In this document: positions 1 through 12,094 of the stretch, in pieces
How positions within the stretch are numbered: the first letter of the stretch is position 1
Layout of the letters: the number at the start of each line of letters is the position of its first letter
From: Octopus sinensis
Lineage: Eukaryota
Assembly (NCBI RefSeq): GCF_006345805.1
Contig: NW_021832828.1
Span: forward strand, 82,276 to 146,275
DNA length: 64,000 nucleotides
Direction: 5' to 3'
Translations under genes and position numbers: made by a program
Notes under the pieces: model-generated
The model's input: the letters and a program-made list of their open reading frames with translations, nothing else
Told to the model about the DNA's origin: nothing
The model's database searches: none

Positions 1-417
1 TATTACTTCCCCAGGCATGATCGGCTCCTCACTACACTTCGCGTCCTGCTCCGAGAGGCGCGGCAGCCCGTCGAGGAGGTCCGTTAGGCCCCTCCTCCTA
101 TCCGGTCCGCCGCTTCCCCCAAAGAGCTGGGCGAAGTGGTCCTGAAAAGCCTCACACATCTCCTTGGGCTCGTTTATCAACTTACCTTGTTGGTTCGTCA
201 AAGATCGAATTGTGGCATCGTTGCCACGTTGGGCTTCCACCACTCGGGCCCATCTCGCGGCATTAATTCCTTCGCTCCCCATTGCACGTTGTCTAGCCCT
301 GACAATGCAACCCATTTGTTTGGCTTCGAGGTGCTGGTTCAAAACCAGTCTCTTGACCTTCACCTGGGCTGCCGTGCCAGTTCGCATTGATTCGACTAGT
401 CTATTTCCTGTGTTGTC
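1..417 (-). mobile_element. Tx1/L1-clade LINE ORF2 fragment (endonuclease-RT linker), running off the window edge
   Basis: Stop-free minus-strand frame 417->1 (139 codons), absent from the ORF track because it leaves the window: ...LEAKQMGCIVRARQRAMGSEGINAARWARVVEAQRGNDATIRSLTNQQGKLINEPKEMCEAFQDHFAQLFGG...LPRLSEQDAKCSEEPIMPGEVI. It resembles the Tx1/L1 linker and is GC/CpG-rich relative to its flanks. Confidence 0.7.
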
Positions 418-639
418 TTACTGGACTTGCAGTTGTTCAAATTTTTAAATTATTTGTCTATTTCTAACTAACAATTTCAAATAAGGGATAATGGTCTATT
501 CTCAGGGTCTTACTAAAATTATATCTCTTATGAAATAACCAGGGCTAATATGAACAACAACAACAAAAAATTAATGAATAATATCCATCTTTTTTTTCAA
601 AGAAAACATATTATATCAACATCTGTGTAGAATGCTTAT

Positions 640-910
640 CGTCTGTCTCCTGCTAGATCATCTTACCAGAGCTTTAGCTTCATTCAATGCAGCAGCTGCT
701 TGCTTGTAGAGGCCTTGTGTCAGGTTCTGCACCAGATGGCTGGACATGATTGGGGAATATCTCTAGAGGCTTGACATCACCTTGGAGGATACAGAGGGGC
801 TGGTACAGGACTACTAGCGACAGAGAGCAATAGTGGACCTAGTTAGCTCTATGCATGATGATATCTCTAGGACCACTAACCTCAGATGATCCCACCCTCA
901 TCAAGTAAGA
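640..910 (+). mobile_element. old RTE LINE 3' end remnant
   Basis: Translates with stops as DHLTRALASFNAAAACL*RPCVRFCTRWLDMIGEYL*RLDITLEDTEGLVQD, matching the RTE C-terminal pattern (RPRGRPRTRW...AQDR). Ends in a caagtaag-type tail. Confidence 0.5.
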
Positions 911-960
911 GCATAAGCGTGTAGCATACTAAATGCAAATACGTCATTGAAAGGCAATGT

Positions 961-1308
961 TATGTTCGTCCAGAGATAATGTCACTTATGAACATGCTGT
1001 GTTTAAAAACACCATACATATCAAAAGGCAAAAGCAGTGGCTGGCAGGCTCACCTGATGCATTTCAGCCTAGTTGTGCCTTATCAATGTATTGTATTCAT
1101 AACAAGCAACATACCTAAGTGACATTTGTCACTTAGGTGACAATGGGAAGCATTGGATGAAACATTCAATGGCAGGCAAAAAGCTGCCTGTCATTGATAA
1201 AGTCCAACTTGGTCAAAGTTAGCTGCTGCCATGATTTTCATTTTCCTCCAGTATATATTGTTTTCAAACACAGCACATTCATAAGAGATGTTATCTTTGG
1301 ATGAATAC
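961..1308. repeat. degenerate fold-back / MITE-like inverted repeat
   Basis: 961-1010 is an imperfect reverse complement of 1260-1308. Perfect 12-bp arms acctaagtgaca/tgtcacttaggt lie at 1113-1138 near the centre. Confidence 0.5.
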
Positions 1309-1697
1309 TGCAGTAATTTGCCTGTCAACCATGTATATTTATTAAGTATGATACATAGTTGCTCGTAACAGTAATGGCTTTAGGTGCAGGCATAGTTGTA
1401 TAGTTAAGCTCATTTTGCAGCCATGTAAGTTTAGGTTCAGTTCCACTGTGTGACACCTTTGGCTAGTATCTTCTATTATACCCCTGAGCTGACAAATGTC
1501 TTGTTAGTGAATTCAATTGATAGAGACAGTGTGGGAACCTGCTATATATATATATATATATATATATCCTCGTCCTTCTGACTGTTTTGGAGTACCTGAT
1601 TTATGGATTTCTTTCTCTACCTTTAGATTACATTACTTTTTAATTCATTTGGAGTATGATGACATTTCTGCACCTTTTTGATATATATATATATTAT

Positions 1698-2362
1698 ATG
1701 GATGAGGACAGCTGTGTGAAGAAGTGTCACACCCTAACAGTGGAGGGAACCTGTGGAAGAGATAGTTCCAGGAAGATGTGGGATGAGGTGGTGAAGCATG
1801 ACCTTTGAACATTGGGCCTCACCGAGGCAATTACAAGCAACTAAGACCTTTTGAGATATGCTATGCTTGAGAAGACCCGGCAAACCAAATGAGATCGTAG
1901 CTGTGGCTGATGCCAGTGTTGTATAACTGGCTCGTTTAAAAGTATCCTTCAATCACAGGGCAATATGCTGTGCTTGAGAAGACCTGTTGAGTCAAGTGAA
2001 ATTGTAGTTGTGGCTGATGTCAACGCTGCCTGACTAGCACCCCTGCCAGTGGCATGTAAAAAGCACAATTCGAGTGTGGCTGATGCCAGTGCCAGTGGTA
2101 CATAAAACATATCATTTGAGTGTGGTTGATGCCAGTACCACTTGAGTGGCTCCTGTGCCGGTGGCATGTAAAAAGCACCATTCGAGCATTGTTGATGCCA
2201 GTAACACATAAAAAGCACCTACTACACTCTCGGAGTGGTTGGCGTTAGGAAGGGCAGCTGTAGATCAGACTGGAGCCTGGTGCAAACTCCTGGCTTGCCA
2301 ATCCCCAGTCTAACTGTCCAAACCATGCCAGCATGGAAAGTAGATGCTAAATGATGATGATT
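1698..2362 (+). mobile_element. 5'-truncated RTE LINE (same family as 30057-32897): ORF2 C-terminus, 3' UTR and (TGA)n tail
   Basis: MDEDSCVKKCHTLTVEGTCG matches the ORF2 end at ~32020-32080. It is followed by degenerate ggtggcatgtaaaaagcacc units and the shared tail ctacactctcggagtggttggcgttaggaagggc...tgatgatga. Confidence 0.8.
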
Positions 2363-2380
2363 ATATATATATGTGTGTTA

Positions 2381-2762
2381 AGAAGCTAGACACAGATGTT
2401 GCTGGGTAGTAAGAAGCTTACTTTTCAACTACATGGCTCCAGGGTTCAGTGCCACAGTATGGCACTTTAGGCAAGTGTTTTCTACTATAGCTTTGGGCTC
2501 ACCAAAGCCTTGAGAGTGGATTTGGTAGATGAAAACTGAAAGCCCATTGTGTGTGTGTATGTTTGTTCCCCATCCCACAGTGTGACAACCTGTGTTAGTG
2601 TGTTTCTGTCCCCATAACTTAGAGAGGTCGGGCAAAGAGACTGCCAGAATTAGTACCAGGCTTACGGAAAAAACCCCCAAAAAACTATGGGGTTGATTCA
2701 TTTGACTGAAATTCTTCAAGGCTGTGCCCCAGCATGGCCGCAGTATCATGACTGAAACAAGA
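2381..2762 (+). mobile_element. tRNA-derived SINE, family A (degenerate)
   Basis: Similar to the better-preserved copies at 14787 and 42660 (gggttcagt B box, ggcaagtg core, gactgaaacaag tail). Confidence 0.65.
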
Positions 2763-2782
2763 TAATATATATATATATCATA

Positions 2783-3025
2783 ACCATCATCAACATTTAA
2801 CGTCAATTTTCCATGCCGGCATGGGTTAGACAGCTAGACAGTAACTGGCAAGGTCAGGGGCTGCACCAGGTTCCATTCTGTTTTGGCTTGGTTTCTATGG
2901 TTGGATGTCCTTCCTAATGCCAACCACTTTATGGAGTGTATCGGGTGCTTTTTACGTGGCATCAGCACCAGTATTTTTTATATGGCACTAACCCCACCAA
3001 TGTTTTTTTTACGTGGTATCTTGGT
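2783..3025 (-). mobile_element. RTE 3' tail copy
   Basis: catcatcaacatttaacgtcaattttccatg... is the reverse complement of the shared RTE tail. Confidence 0.65.
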
Positions 3026-3523
3026 TTCAGGATGTTAATTGTGTTGTGGTGGACGAGTAAAAAATTCGGGAGGGGGGGTTGAAGAGAGAAAAATACATGA
3101 TAAAACATGCCAAAAAAAATAAACAGTAAAAGAACTTTAAAAGGAAAAGAGTGAATGGGTAGTGATGAATTTCAGAAGCATGGAATGTTTGAAGGTAGCA
3201 AACCACAGCATACATATGTAAACATCGTGTCCATAGACCGTAGGGATCTCGGACAATTGTCTAGTGTACTCATATCTTAAGATAGCCGACGGCTCTGCAT
3301 CTACGCTAAATTGTTACATTAAAAGTAAAGATATCAGACACGCAAGGTGGTTAATTAAGTTGTGAAAAACGGGAGATGGAAATATAAGCAAGGGAGGTAA
3401 TGATGGTGAACATTATATTTCAGACATGCGCAATGCTCTGAAATCTAATGTCGGTCAAATCCGTTCTGGACCAGTTATGGCTTTTATATTGTGTTGAACA
3501 ACGTTGATGTAACTACATTCCTA

Positions 3524-3720
3524 TCATTTCACTCGTAAAATACTCACACACGACAATATATGTAAGCTGAGGTAATTAGAAAGAAAAAATACAGCTGTAA
3601 CAATAATAATAATCCCATCAACTGACTGAAAACGTTGGTTGATTTGCTGAAGTTGTTACAAAACAAGGATATTTTTTGTTTGTTTTTTCCTCTTCGGGTT
3701 TCTTTCCTGCTTCCATTCAG
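3524..3720 (+). promoter_or_regulatory. GET4: putative GET4 TSS, non-coding exon (to 3571) and 149-bp 5' UTR intron (3572-3720)
   Basis: Inr-like TCATTT at 3524-3529, donor GAG|GTAATT at 3571/3572, and a long pyrimidine tract ending ttccattcag at 3720, 53 nt before the ATG. The region is CpG-retaining and repeat-free. Confidence 0.4.
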
Positions 3721-3773
3721 TCTTGAGTTTCTTAGTAATGAGACACTGAACTGTTTTTGGCATTGTTAGCAAC

Positions 3774-3877
3774 ATGTGTGCCGAAAGATTAAGTCGTATT
3801 TTAGCGAAATGTCAGGCCTGTGTGGATGCTAACAACTTCTATGAGGCTCATCAGATGTACCGGACTTTATACTTCAG
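3774..3877 (+). CDS. GET4: GET4 coding exon 1
   Basis: [34 protein letters not shown](R); donor AG|GTAAGA, phase 2. Confidence 0.95.
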
Positions 3878-6800
3878 GTAAGACACAATTTCCTTAACCT
3901 TCGCTTCTTTTTTGTTTCTTTCCTAAAAAACCCAACAGAAATAAAAATATCAACAACAATAAATTCAATTCGCGTTTTGTCATATTCTAACTAAAAGCAA
4001 CAACCTTTTCCTTGTCTGAATTAATGTTTCTCTCCCAAAGTCTGTCCAACCATTCTTCATTCACTTCAATGTTCAACTGTTTCTATAACTTTACATTAAC
4101 AAAAATCGTAAGATCGCCAGTTTTAAAATTGATGTCTAAAATATCCTATTCATGCATTCGTGGCTGTGATCATCACTCAGACATGCCTCTTCTTTATAAT
4201 AATCTTACATCTTATTTATTCAGATCCGTTAATAAGACCAAGTGTCACAGTCTGTCGAATTCTTCTTAAAATTTAGTTTAGGTATAAACGAAAATATTGA
4301 TATAAAATTTCCGATTCCTTAAATATTTTTTTCTGTTTAGTGTTCATTGTAATAATTCAATTGAATTTGGTTAGATAGGTAATTAAAAAAAAAAGTTTAA
4401 TACTTATAATTTCAGTAACTAATTTACGTAGTTATTTAATTTCAACTTTGCACCTCACCACAAACATATTGCTGGAGACATGCTGTACTTTTTAAGCTAT
4501 TTCCGTGCAACATAACTTTGTAATTCCACTCTTTTTTTTTTATACACCAACACTTAAGTGCTTGGAATATAGTCTTTACATATTTGCTGTGATATATGTA
4601 CAGAATAAGAGATCCATTGCTTCTTTCCAGATTAGATTAATTGTAGGGGTTTGATGAATTTACGTACATTTTATTTTTTACGTTAGCACGATTCCTCTTC
4701 ATCAAGATAATACAGACTTGTATCTTCCCTGTTCTATGGCGATATGTTATATCAAAGACTTATAAACTAATGGTTTTCGGAGATTATTCTAGTCGTTGAG
4801 AATTTACTTTCTCGTGTATCTTCGAAACGAACATGTACAGAAACAGTTAGATTCCATATTCTATTAGATTTCTAACTGTATGAATCATTTACTAGTGCCA
4901 ATATCGCATTACTATCATCACTGCACTCGTAACATGGTGTGTGATATGAGGAGGGGGTTTAGCTGTCCTCTTACTTTCTAAAATGTTTGTCTGAAGAATT
5001 TGGTTGAGCTTACAAATGCACAAAGTAGCAGCGTTAACGACATTATGTTACGTTTGTCATTTTGTTTGTATGGGATTGAAACATCTAATATACATAAAGA
5101 ACACCTTTCGTCTCTCTAATGTTTCTTTTCATCGAACAACATGTATATTTTACACGTAGATAGATTTGCCAACTCGAACTGCAGGCAGCCATGTCGTCGT
5201 CGTGTTAGACTTCCGGGCCGATGGTTCATTTCCTCTCTCTCTCTCTAAACATTATCCACAATAAAATCGCACCGAGGAGTAGATATAGCTCTCTCTTTTG
5301 GAAGTAGCAAGAGCACTGTCTAATTTATAACAAGTGTTGCATTATCAATTAAAATAGTCATTCTACAGGCAACCGGAAGCCACTCCAGGTCTCCGTTGCC
5401 TCAATAATCCACGTTTCCATTGGATCCGGATTCTGGTTCTCACTACGCTCGGGCTGTAATGATTAGAAATACTGTCTGTTTTCCCGTTAATCTTATCCCG
5501 GCACAATGATCCATGGCTACCATTACCACCTGGATTTTTGACACATCTTCCAGGATTGTTGCTAACTGGAAATTCTTGCCGGAGTTTTGGGGTAGCAATC
5601 CCTCGGGGTCTCGTGTCTTATGTGAAAGGAAACAGAATGTATTTTTTTAGAGTATTTCTGTGTTTCTCTTGACTGGAAATTACGATTTCGAACAGAAAAA
5701 TTTCCAAGAAAAAAAAAAAAAAAAGAAAATGCTTGCCTTCCACGAGTTACAGCTATTTCGAAACTCAGTCAAATACTTCTTCACTTGGTTTCGGTATATG
5801 TGTGGTCTCATTTAGTTTTATAATTGCTTGTAATATACTGTTTTGAAAGTGATTACTTGATTTAAATACATGCTCCTCTTTATTTTGTAATGAACAAATA
5901 TATATATATATATATATGCACGTGTGTGTGTGTGTTTAGTGTGTACTGCTCCAGTACAACTGTCACAATTGGACTGTTTGCCCAATTTCCTCCCCCAAGA
6001 CAACCCCACTGTTCTTCATCTCTGCAATTTTTTCGTTGATATCACTAATCTTTCTCACCACTCCGGAACCATTTTACTTGATGTATATTCCTCATCCTTA
6101 ATACTTTCCTCTCCATTGACATTTTACATTGCCCCCCCTCTACGGAATCGCCATAGCGTCTCACCTTCTCTACCACCGTACATAGCATATACTGCAGCTG
6201 CCTATCTCCCTTTCTCTCTCTCCCCTTATCTGTTGTATCTTCATTACTATTCTGCCACTCTTCACTCCCCTGCATCATTGATCTCTCCCCCACTTCTTGT
6301 CCCCCATTCACTATATCCCTCTCCCCATCTTATCCGGTTATCCGGTTTACAATTGTCACCTACACTTCCTTACCTCCCCTACCTATCATCTACTCAACAC
6401 TTGTTCTTTATTCATCATATGTTCACCCCCTCACCTATTCCTGTTCCCCAGCTCTCTTCACCTCTGCCTACCTATATTCTTGCCTTTTCTCATTTTCATT
6501 TATACCCCCCCCCCCTTGAGGTCCACACAGACACCTCATCACCACTGTTTTTATTTCTTCTCTGCCCCATGTTGATCATGACCCCTCTCTAGCCATAGCC
6601 ATGTTGTAGCCCCTGGACAACAAGAAAATTGCCCTGCTCCAGTCCCTTATCGCATACATCACCCCTACCTCATCTCCTAGCATACAGCTGCCTCTTTCAG
6701 GGTTTGTAGTCTTGCGAACTACTTACTGACCTTACCAGTGCTGGTGGCACAAAAAGAAAAACACCCAGTACACACTAAAGCAGTTGGCATTAGGAAGGGC

Positions 6801-7238
6801 ATCCAGCCATAGAGACTATTCCAGAGTAGACACTGGAGCACAGTACAGTCCTCTGGTTCATCAAATCCTGTAAAACTGTTCAGCCCATGCCAGCACAGAA
6901 CATGGACATTGAATGACGATGATATATACACACAACTATTACATTGACGAATAAACTTATATACATTTCTACTCAGTAATCAGTGAAATAAATAACTGAT
7001 TAGTCATTATCATCATTATCATTATACGTCCATTTTCCATGCTGGCATGGGTTGGATGGTTTGACCACAGCTGCACCAGGTTCCAGTCACATCATTTAGT
7101 AAACGTCTTTAGCTTTGTCTTGGTCTATTTTTTGATTTGAAGAAGGAAGCACAGCAACCAGGACACAAATTATCTTCTGTACCAGTGGTTCCCAACCTCT
7201 TTACTACCAGGATCCCTTTTAATATGCTTATCCTTATG

Positions 7239-7290
<52 letters not shown>

Positions 7291-7490
7291 ATATAAATAA
7301 ATGTGACCGCATGTGTACCGTTGGCGATTTTTTTTCCTCCGTCTTCCCTTCTTTGGATCTTTCCTTTTCCTATGTTTCTGACGAAGATCCCCGCTCGAAA
7401 CGTTAAACCCTCCTTCTTTCCTTCCTGAGCGTCCAATATTTGTTCCACGTCCTCGCGTTGTTGTGTTTTCTCTTTGTGTTTTCATTGGAT

Positions 7491-7556
<66 letters not shown>

Positions 7557-10151
7557 TATGAAATTTTAAATTTAGTTCATGGATCTCCAATACTACCTTT
7601 GTGGACCACAAGTTGGGGGCCACTGTTCTATCCATTATAATTAAGAAAAGTTCAATCAATGAATAAATCTGTATTTTGAATGGTGATGTTTAACTAATTC
7701 TTTTTCAAACTAAAGGTTTGATGGCTTAGGACTTCTGATAATTATCAATTCCAAACTTTTAAGTTGACATTTTTGATCTGTTGTTTTTGAACATGGTGTT
7801 TCTCAACCTTTTCTTATTCCACACTTTTTTTTTTATTGTATGTCCCTACCAAAAAAAAAACAAAAAAACCCTGCACTCTACTATGAATGGACAAATTTTG
7901 TTTGTTTACAAGTTTTAATTATATATATGCAAATTTTGTTTGTTTATGAGTTTTAATTAAAACTTTATTGCAAGTTTTATTCACTTGTTGCTTATAACCC
8001 ATTTTGAAGTAACCCACATCAAAAACCTGACAAATTCCACTCGTGGGTGGTGCCCTCTTCCATCTTGAAAAACCCTGTTCTAACTTGTTGGGGTTTATCT
8101 CAGTTCATCTTAGCTTCTTTGCTGGACATACCTCTTGGACAGAGGAAATATATTCAAGAATCTGGTAAAAGATCTCATTCAGCCTTAAATCCCTAATACA
8201 ATATATTTATATTAAATGTCCTCTCCTCACTATTCCAGACATTTACCATTCTACTGAATGAAAGATTTCCTTTGTTAACCTGCTCTTTTCCATTCCCCTT
8301 TATTTATTTATTTTTTTGTAAAATCTATTTGAATAGATTAGTTCTTGCATAAAATGGTGTTTTTCAGTCCTTCCCAGAACATCAGTCCTCTGGAATTTCC
8401 TCACCAGCATGTTTACCCCTGCAGATATTAGATGTGCTAGTCTATTCTCCAACATTTACACAACAACAATCTAGTTTTACATTTAAGTGACAATGTAAAA
8501 TGTCATGCATTTGTAAAATAATCCTAAATTTATTTGAAACACATGTAATTTTATTGTATTCTGAATTCTTGTTAGGGCTTCTGTTAGTTGAAGTCAACTA
8601 CATATCTAACCCTAAAAGTGCAGATCTGGGCAAGATTTTATTTTGCTTTTGCAGAAGATTGGTTTATTTGGGCATGTGGGTATGTTATTGTTATTGTCCA
8701 AAGGAAAGGTTGGTTTTGGGTCAATGCAGCTTGACCAATGCAGTTACAAGCATCAACAGCTTCGTCATAATTTAATATCCACTTTTCCATGCTTCCATGG
8801 GTCAGTAAAAAAAATTGTTGAGGTAAATTTTCTGGGGCCCAATGTTACCAACTCACTCCTGTTTCCAAGCAATAATAATATTTCCCCATGGAACAAACAA
8901 CATTTCTTGCATGAAGGTGACTTTCAGAAACATTTCTTCACACTCACAATTACTGAAGCAGGGAATGTAGGACCTGCATCCATTGTCAACTGTCAGGAAA
9001 CTGGGCTCTCAAAAATTCCATGCTTCCTGAAATTTACCTACACTGCATGTGATGAGCCTATGCACCCTTATTCTTTATGACTCTTTTAAACTGGTCATAT
9101 CCAGCTGAAAATGTTTTCCCCTTTTACATTAAAACTGGCCTAGTTCTGCTTTTCACACCTGCCTTACAATGTCAGTGTAAAAATAAACAATAATATTGAA
9201 ATCTCAAACTTGTGAGATAATACCTGTGTAATTAAAAAAAACAAGTGAATAAATGAGTATTACATTTGACAGATAATCTGAATGCCAAGGGGTGAATGTT
9301 CATTTTTCTCTATTTTTGTGTTTTATTCTGTGTACTATGTATGTATTTCTGGCTTTGTTTACTAGACTTTTATGTCTGCTGTTTCCTCTTTTAACCTTCT
9401 CCAACAAATTATATTGCACCTGAACACTATACAATAAAGCTCTTTATATATTGCTGTCAGACTGCAAGTGGCCAGAACTGATACTATAAGGCACTTTTAC
9501 CAATGCTCTAATAGTTCTACCAATGCACCACACTAGATTGGTCACTTTATTCAATGATCCTGAGATGATTTGAACACCAGGCACAGAATCAGAACAAAAA
9601 CTACGAGACATTCTATACTAAGAGTCTACCAGTTTGATACCTTAAGTTTGAAGAAATTCTTCATGACTTTTCACTATCTAGCTTCTATGGACACTAGATA
9701 TGTATGTTTTAGTAAATTAATATGATTTAAAAAGCAAATAATAATAAAAAAAGATATACATGAGAAACTATTGATGAGATTATTTTTGTCTGATTTTCTT
9801 AGATTTACATTTCATTTTGGTAAAATCCCAAGACTCACATAATGCTAAAAAAAATCTGATATATAATTTTTTGCTTAATTTGTATTCATTTCTAGAACAT
9901 AATTTAAAATATAATATTTGTAATAAATTTGCAAATATGATGGGTTAATTAATTTTTTTTTTGTGGCATCTAAAATTTGTTACAAAAATTAAGTGCAACA
10001 CTGATAATATCTCTGAATCATCTAAGGGGTGGGAATTTTTTCAAGTGGCACTTGAGCGTGACTGGTTCAAAACAAATAGATGATTGTCTGTTTTGGGCTA
10101 ATTTGTATGACTACAATATTGGGCATGTCATGTTATCTGACCTGAGATTGC

Positions 10152-10198
<47 letters not shown>

Positions 10199-12055
10199 GC
10201 ACACACAATCAATCATACTGTAAATGTTGTGATGACTAATGTGTCAGTTTGGATTACTAATTAGCTTTTCCATTTAGTTAGCTGTCCTGACTCGTGTGTT
10301 GAGAACAGAAATTCTTAACTTAGGTGGGAGTGCTTCCGTGCGAGTGTTGTGTTCTCATAAAGGGTTGGTGAGTTTGTTATTTTACTTTGAAAAAAATAAT
10401 TTAATCAGATTCAGTCCATAGGTTTTAAATATATTTCCAAAAGCAATTTAAAAAAAATCCTTCTCAGGATTAGAATGAATTGAATATTGTGTTATGAGTT
10501 AGCAGAAGCATGATTGATGATGTAATGAGGTCCAATGTAATTTCATTATGTAAGTCCTCACATTTAGTAGTTTTCATAAGTTTAAAATAGGGGAAACTTA
10601 TCATCTATACAAATATCTAAAAAGAAAACCTGCCCACCACAATAATTGATATCCAAAAACCAAAGTGCCACATAAAAAGCACTGGTGATGGTGTCGTGTA
10701 AAAAGCACTGTAAAGTGGTTGGTGTTTGGAAGGGCATCCAGCTGTAGAAATCAAGCCAAAATACACTACGGAACTTGGTGCAACCCCTGTTCTTGCCAGT
10801 TATTGCTGAGCTGTGCAATCCATACCAGCATGGAAAACAGACATTAAATTTTGATGATCACGAAACACATGGTTGATTATATGGATAATAAACTATTGCT
10901 TGAAATAATTTCCATTTAATAAAAAAATTTTTTTAACCTGCAAAGAAAACATTTTAAAAATTTGTGAAACACTGATGAAAAGCAGCATTATGCTACAAAA
11001 AGTGATATTGTGTCTCAGAAGGTTAGGAAGCACTCATTTAGAAGTTCTGCTATAAATTGTTGCAAAAGTTGGCACACATAGTGTCTTTTGTTCTTCTGTA
11101 TATAATGATGAGAGTTTGGCAGGCCAACAGAGAACTTCAGATTTTGAATTTAGAGGTGAAAATTGGTTATAAGCAGCTGTAGTTATGAATTTCACTGTTC
11201 ATATATCTAGTGTGGATTTTCAGTTAAAGTGTTTTCATTTTGCTCCACATGTGGTTTGTAAGCATAGGTTATGTACAGTCTGTCTTGATGTCAAGATCAT
11301 TGTTTTTGCACTTCATAACAATTATTGATATTCTACAAAGCTTCAGTGATGTCCAGAACAGGGTTTTCCTGTCAAATCTGGACTGCTATTGTTGTCCACA
11401 CAGACCTCCTAGATAGGAGCCACCCAACTGATTGACATAAAATCCTTTACAAACATACTCCAACCTCTTGCTCACAGCCATGCTGTTTTCTCCCTCTGAC
11501 TTTTCTTTTACTACTATAATAGCCTCTGCTCCCACTGTTGACTGGGCTCATGACACCCATACTCAGGCATTCTTATCCTACTTTCCTTTGATCTTCTCCA
11601 TTGTTGTGTCTAACCTCACCATGATCCATACTAATCATTAAACTCATTCCTTTCTTCCCAGAATATTGACCCTTTGGAATTTCCTCCTGCTTGTGCCTAT
11701 CCCACAGAGCGACTTCTAGAGGGTCAAGAGAAACATTAATGGCATCAATTTTACTAGTTTAACCCTTTAGTCTTTAAACCAGCCACATCCTGTTTTATGT
11801 TCAAACTGACCAGCTCTGGCCTCTTACACTTATCCTACAATGTCATTTCAAAAATGAACAAACACTTCATCGAAATTTCAAAACTGAGATAATGCATGAT
11901 TAATTTTAAACAATGTGAATAAGAAAGTATTATATTTGACGAATTAATCTGAATGCTAATGGGTTAAGAGAACTTGTGAAGGCCATGGGCACTTTTCCAT
12001 CCTCCAGACTGAGCAAAAAAGAAAAAAAAAGTTGGGAAACTGAAAGAAGCCTGTC

Positions 12056-12094
<39 letters not shown>

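Noticed and set aside
668-745. Minus-strand exon-like segment (HLVQNLTQGLYKQAAAALNEAKAL|GTAAGA) resembling a TPR helix
   Set aside because: The plus strand of the same bases translates as a recognisable RTE C-terminus, so the exon look is probably incidental.
5367-5470. Possible snoRNA/snRNA/RNase P or MRP gene (hairpin plus ATGA motifs)
   Set aside because: No H box/ACA or C/D pair in proper spacing, and no match to the spliceosomal or RNase P/MRP conserved motifs I know.
5924-6592. 222-aa ORF and overlapping ORFs
   Set aside because: Low-complexity Pro/Ser/Leu product of a pyrimidine-rich LINE 3' UTR; no domain.
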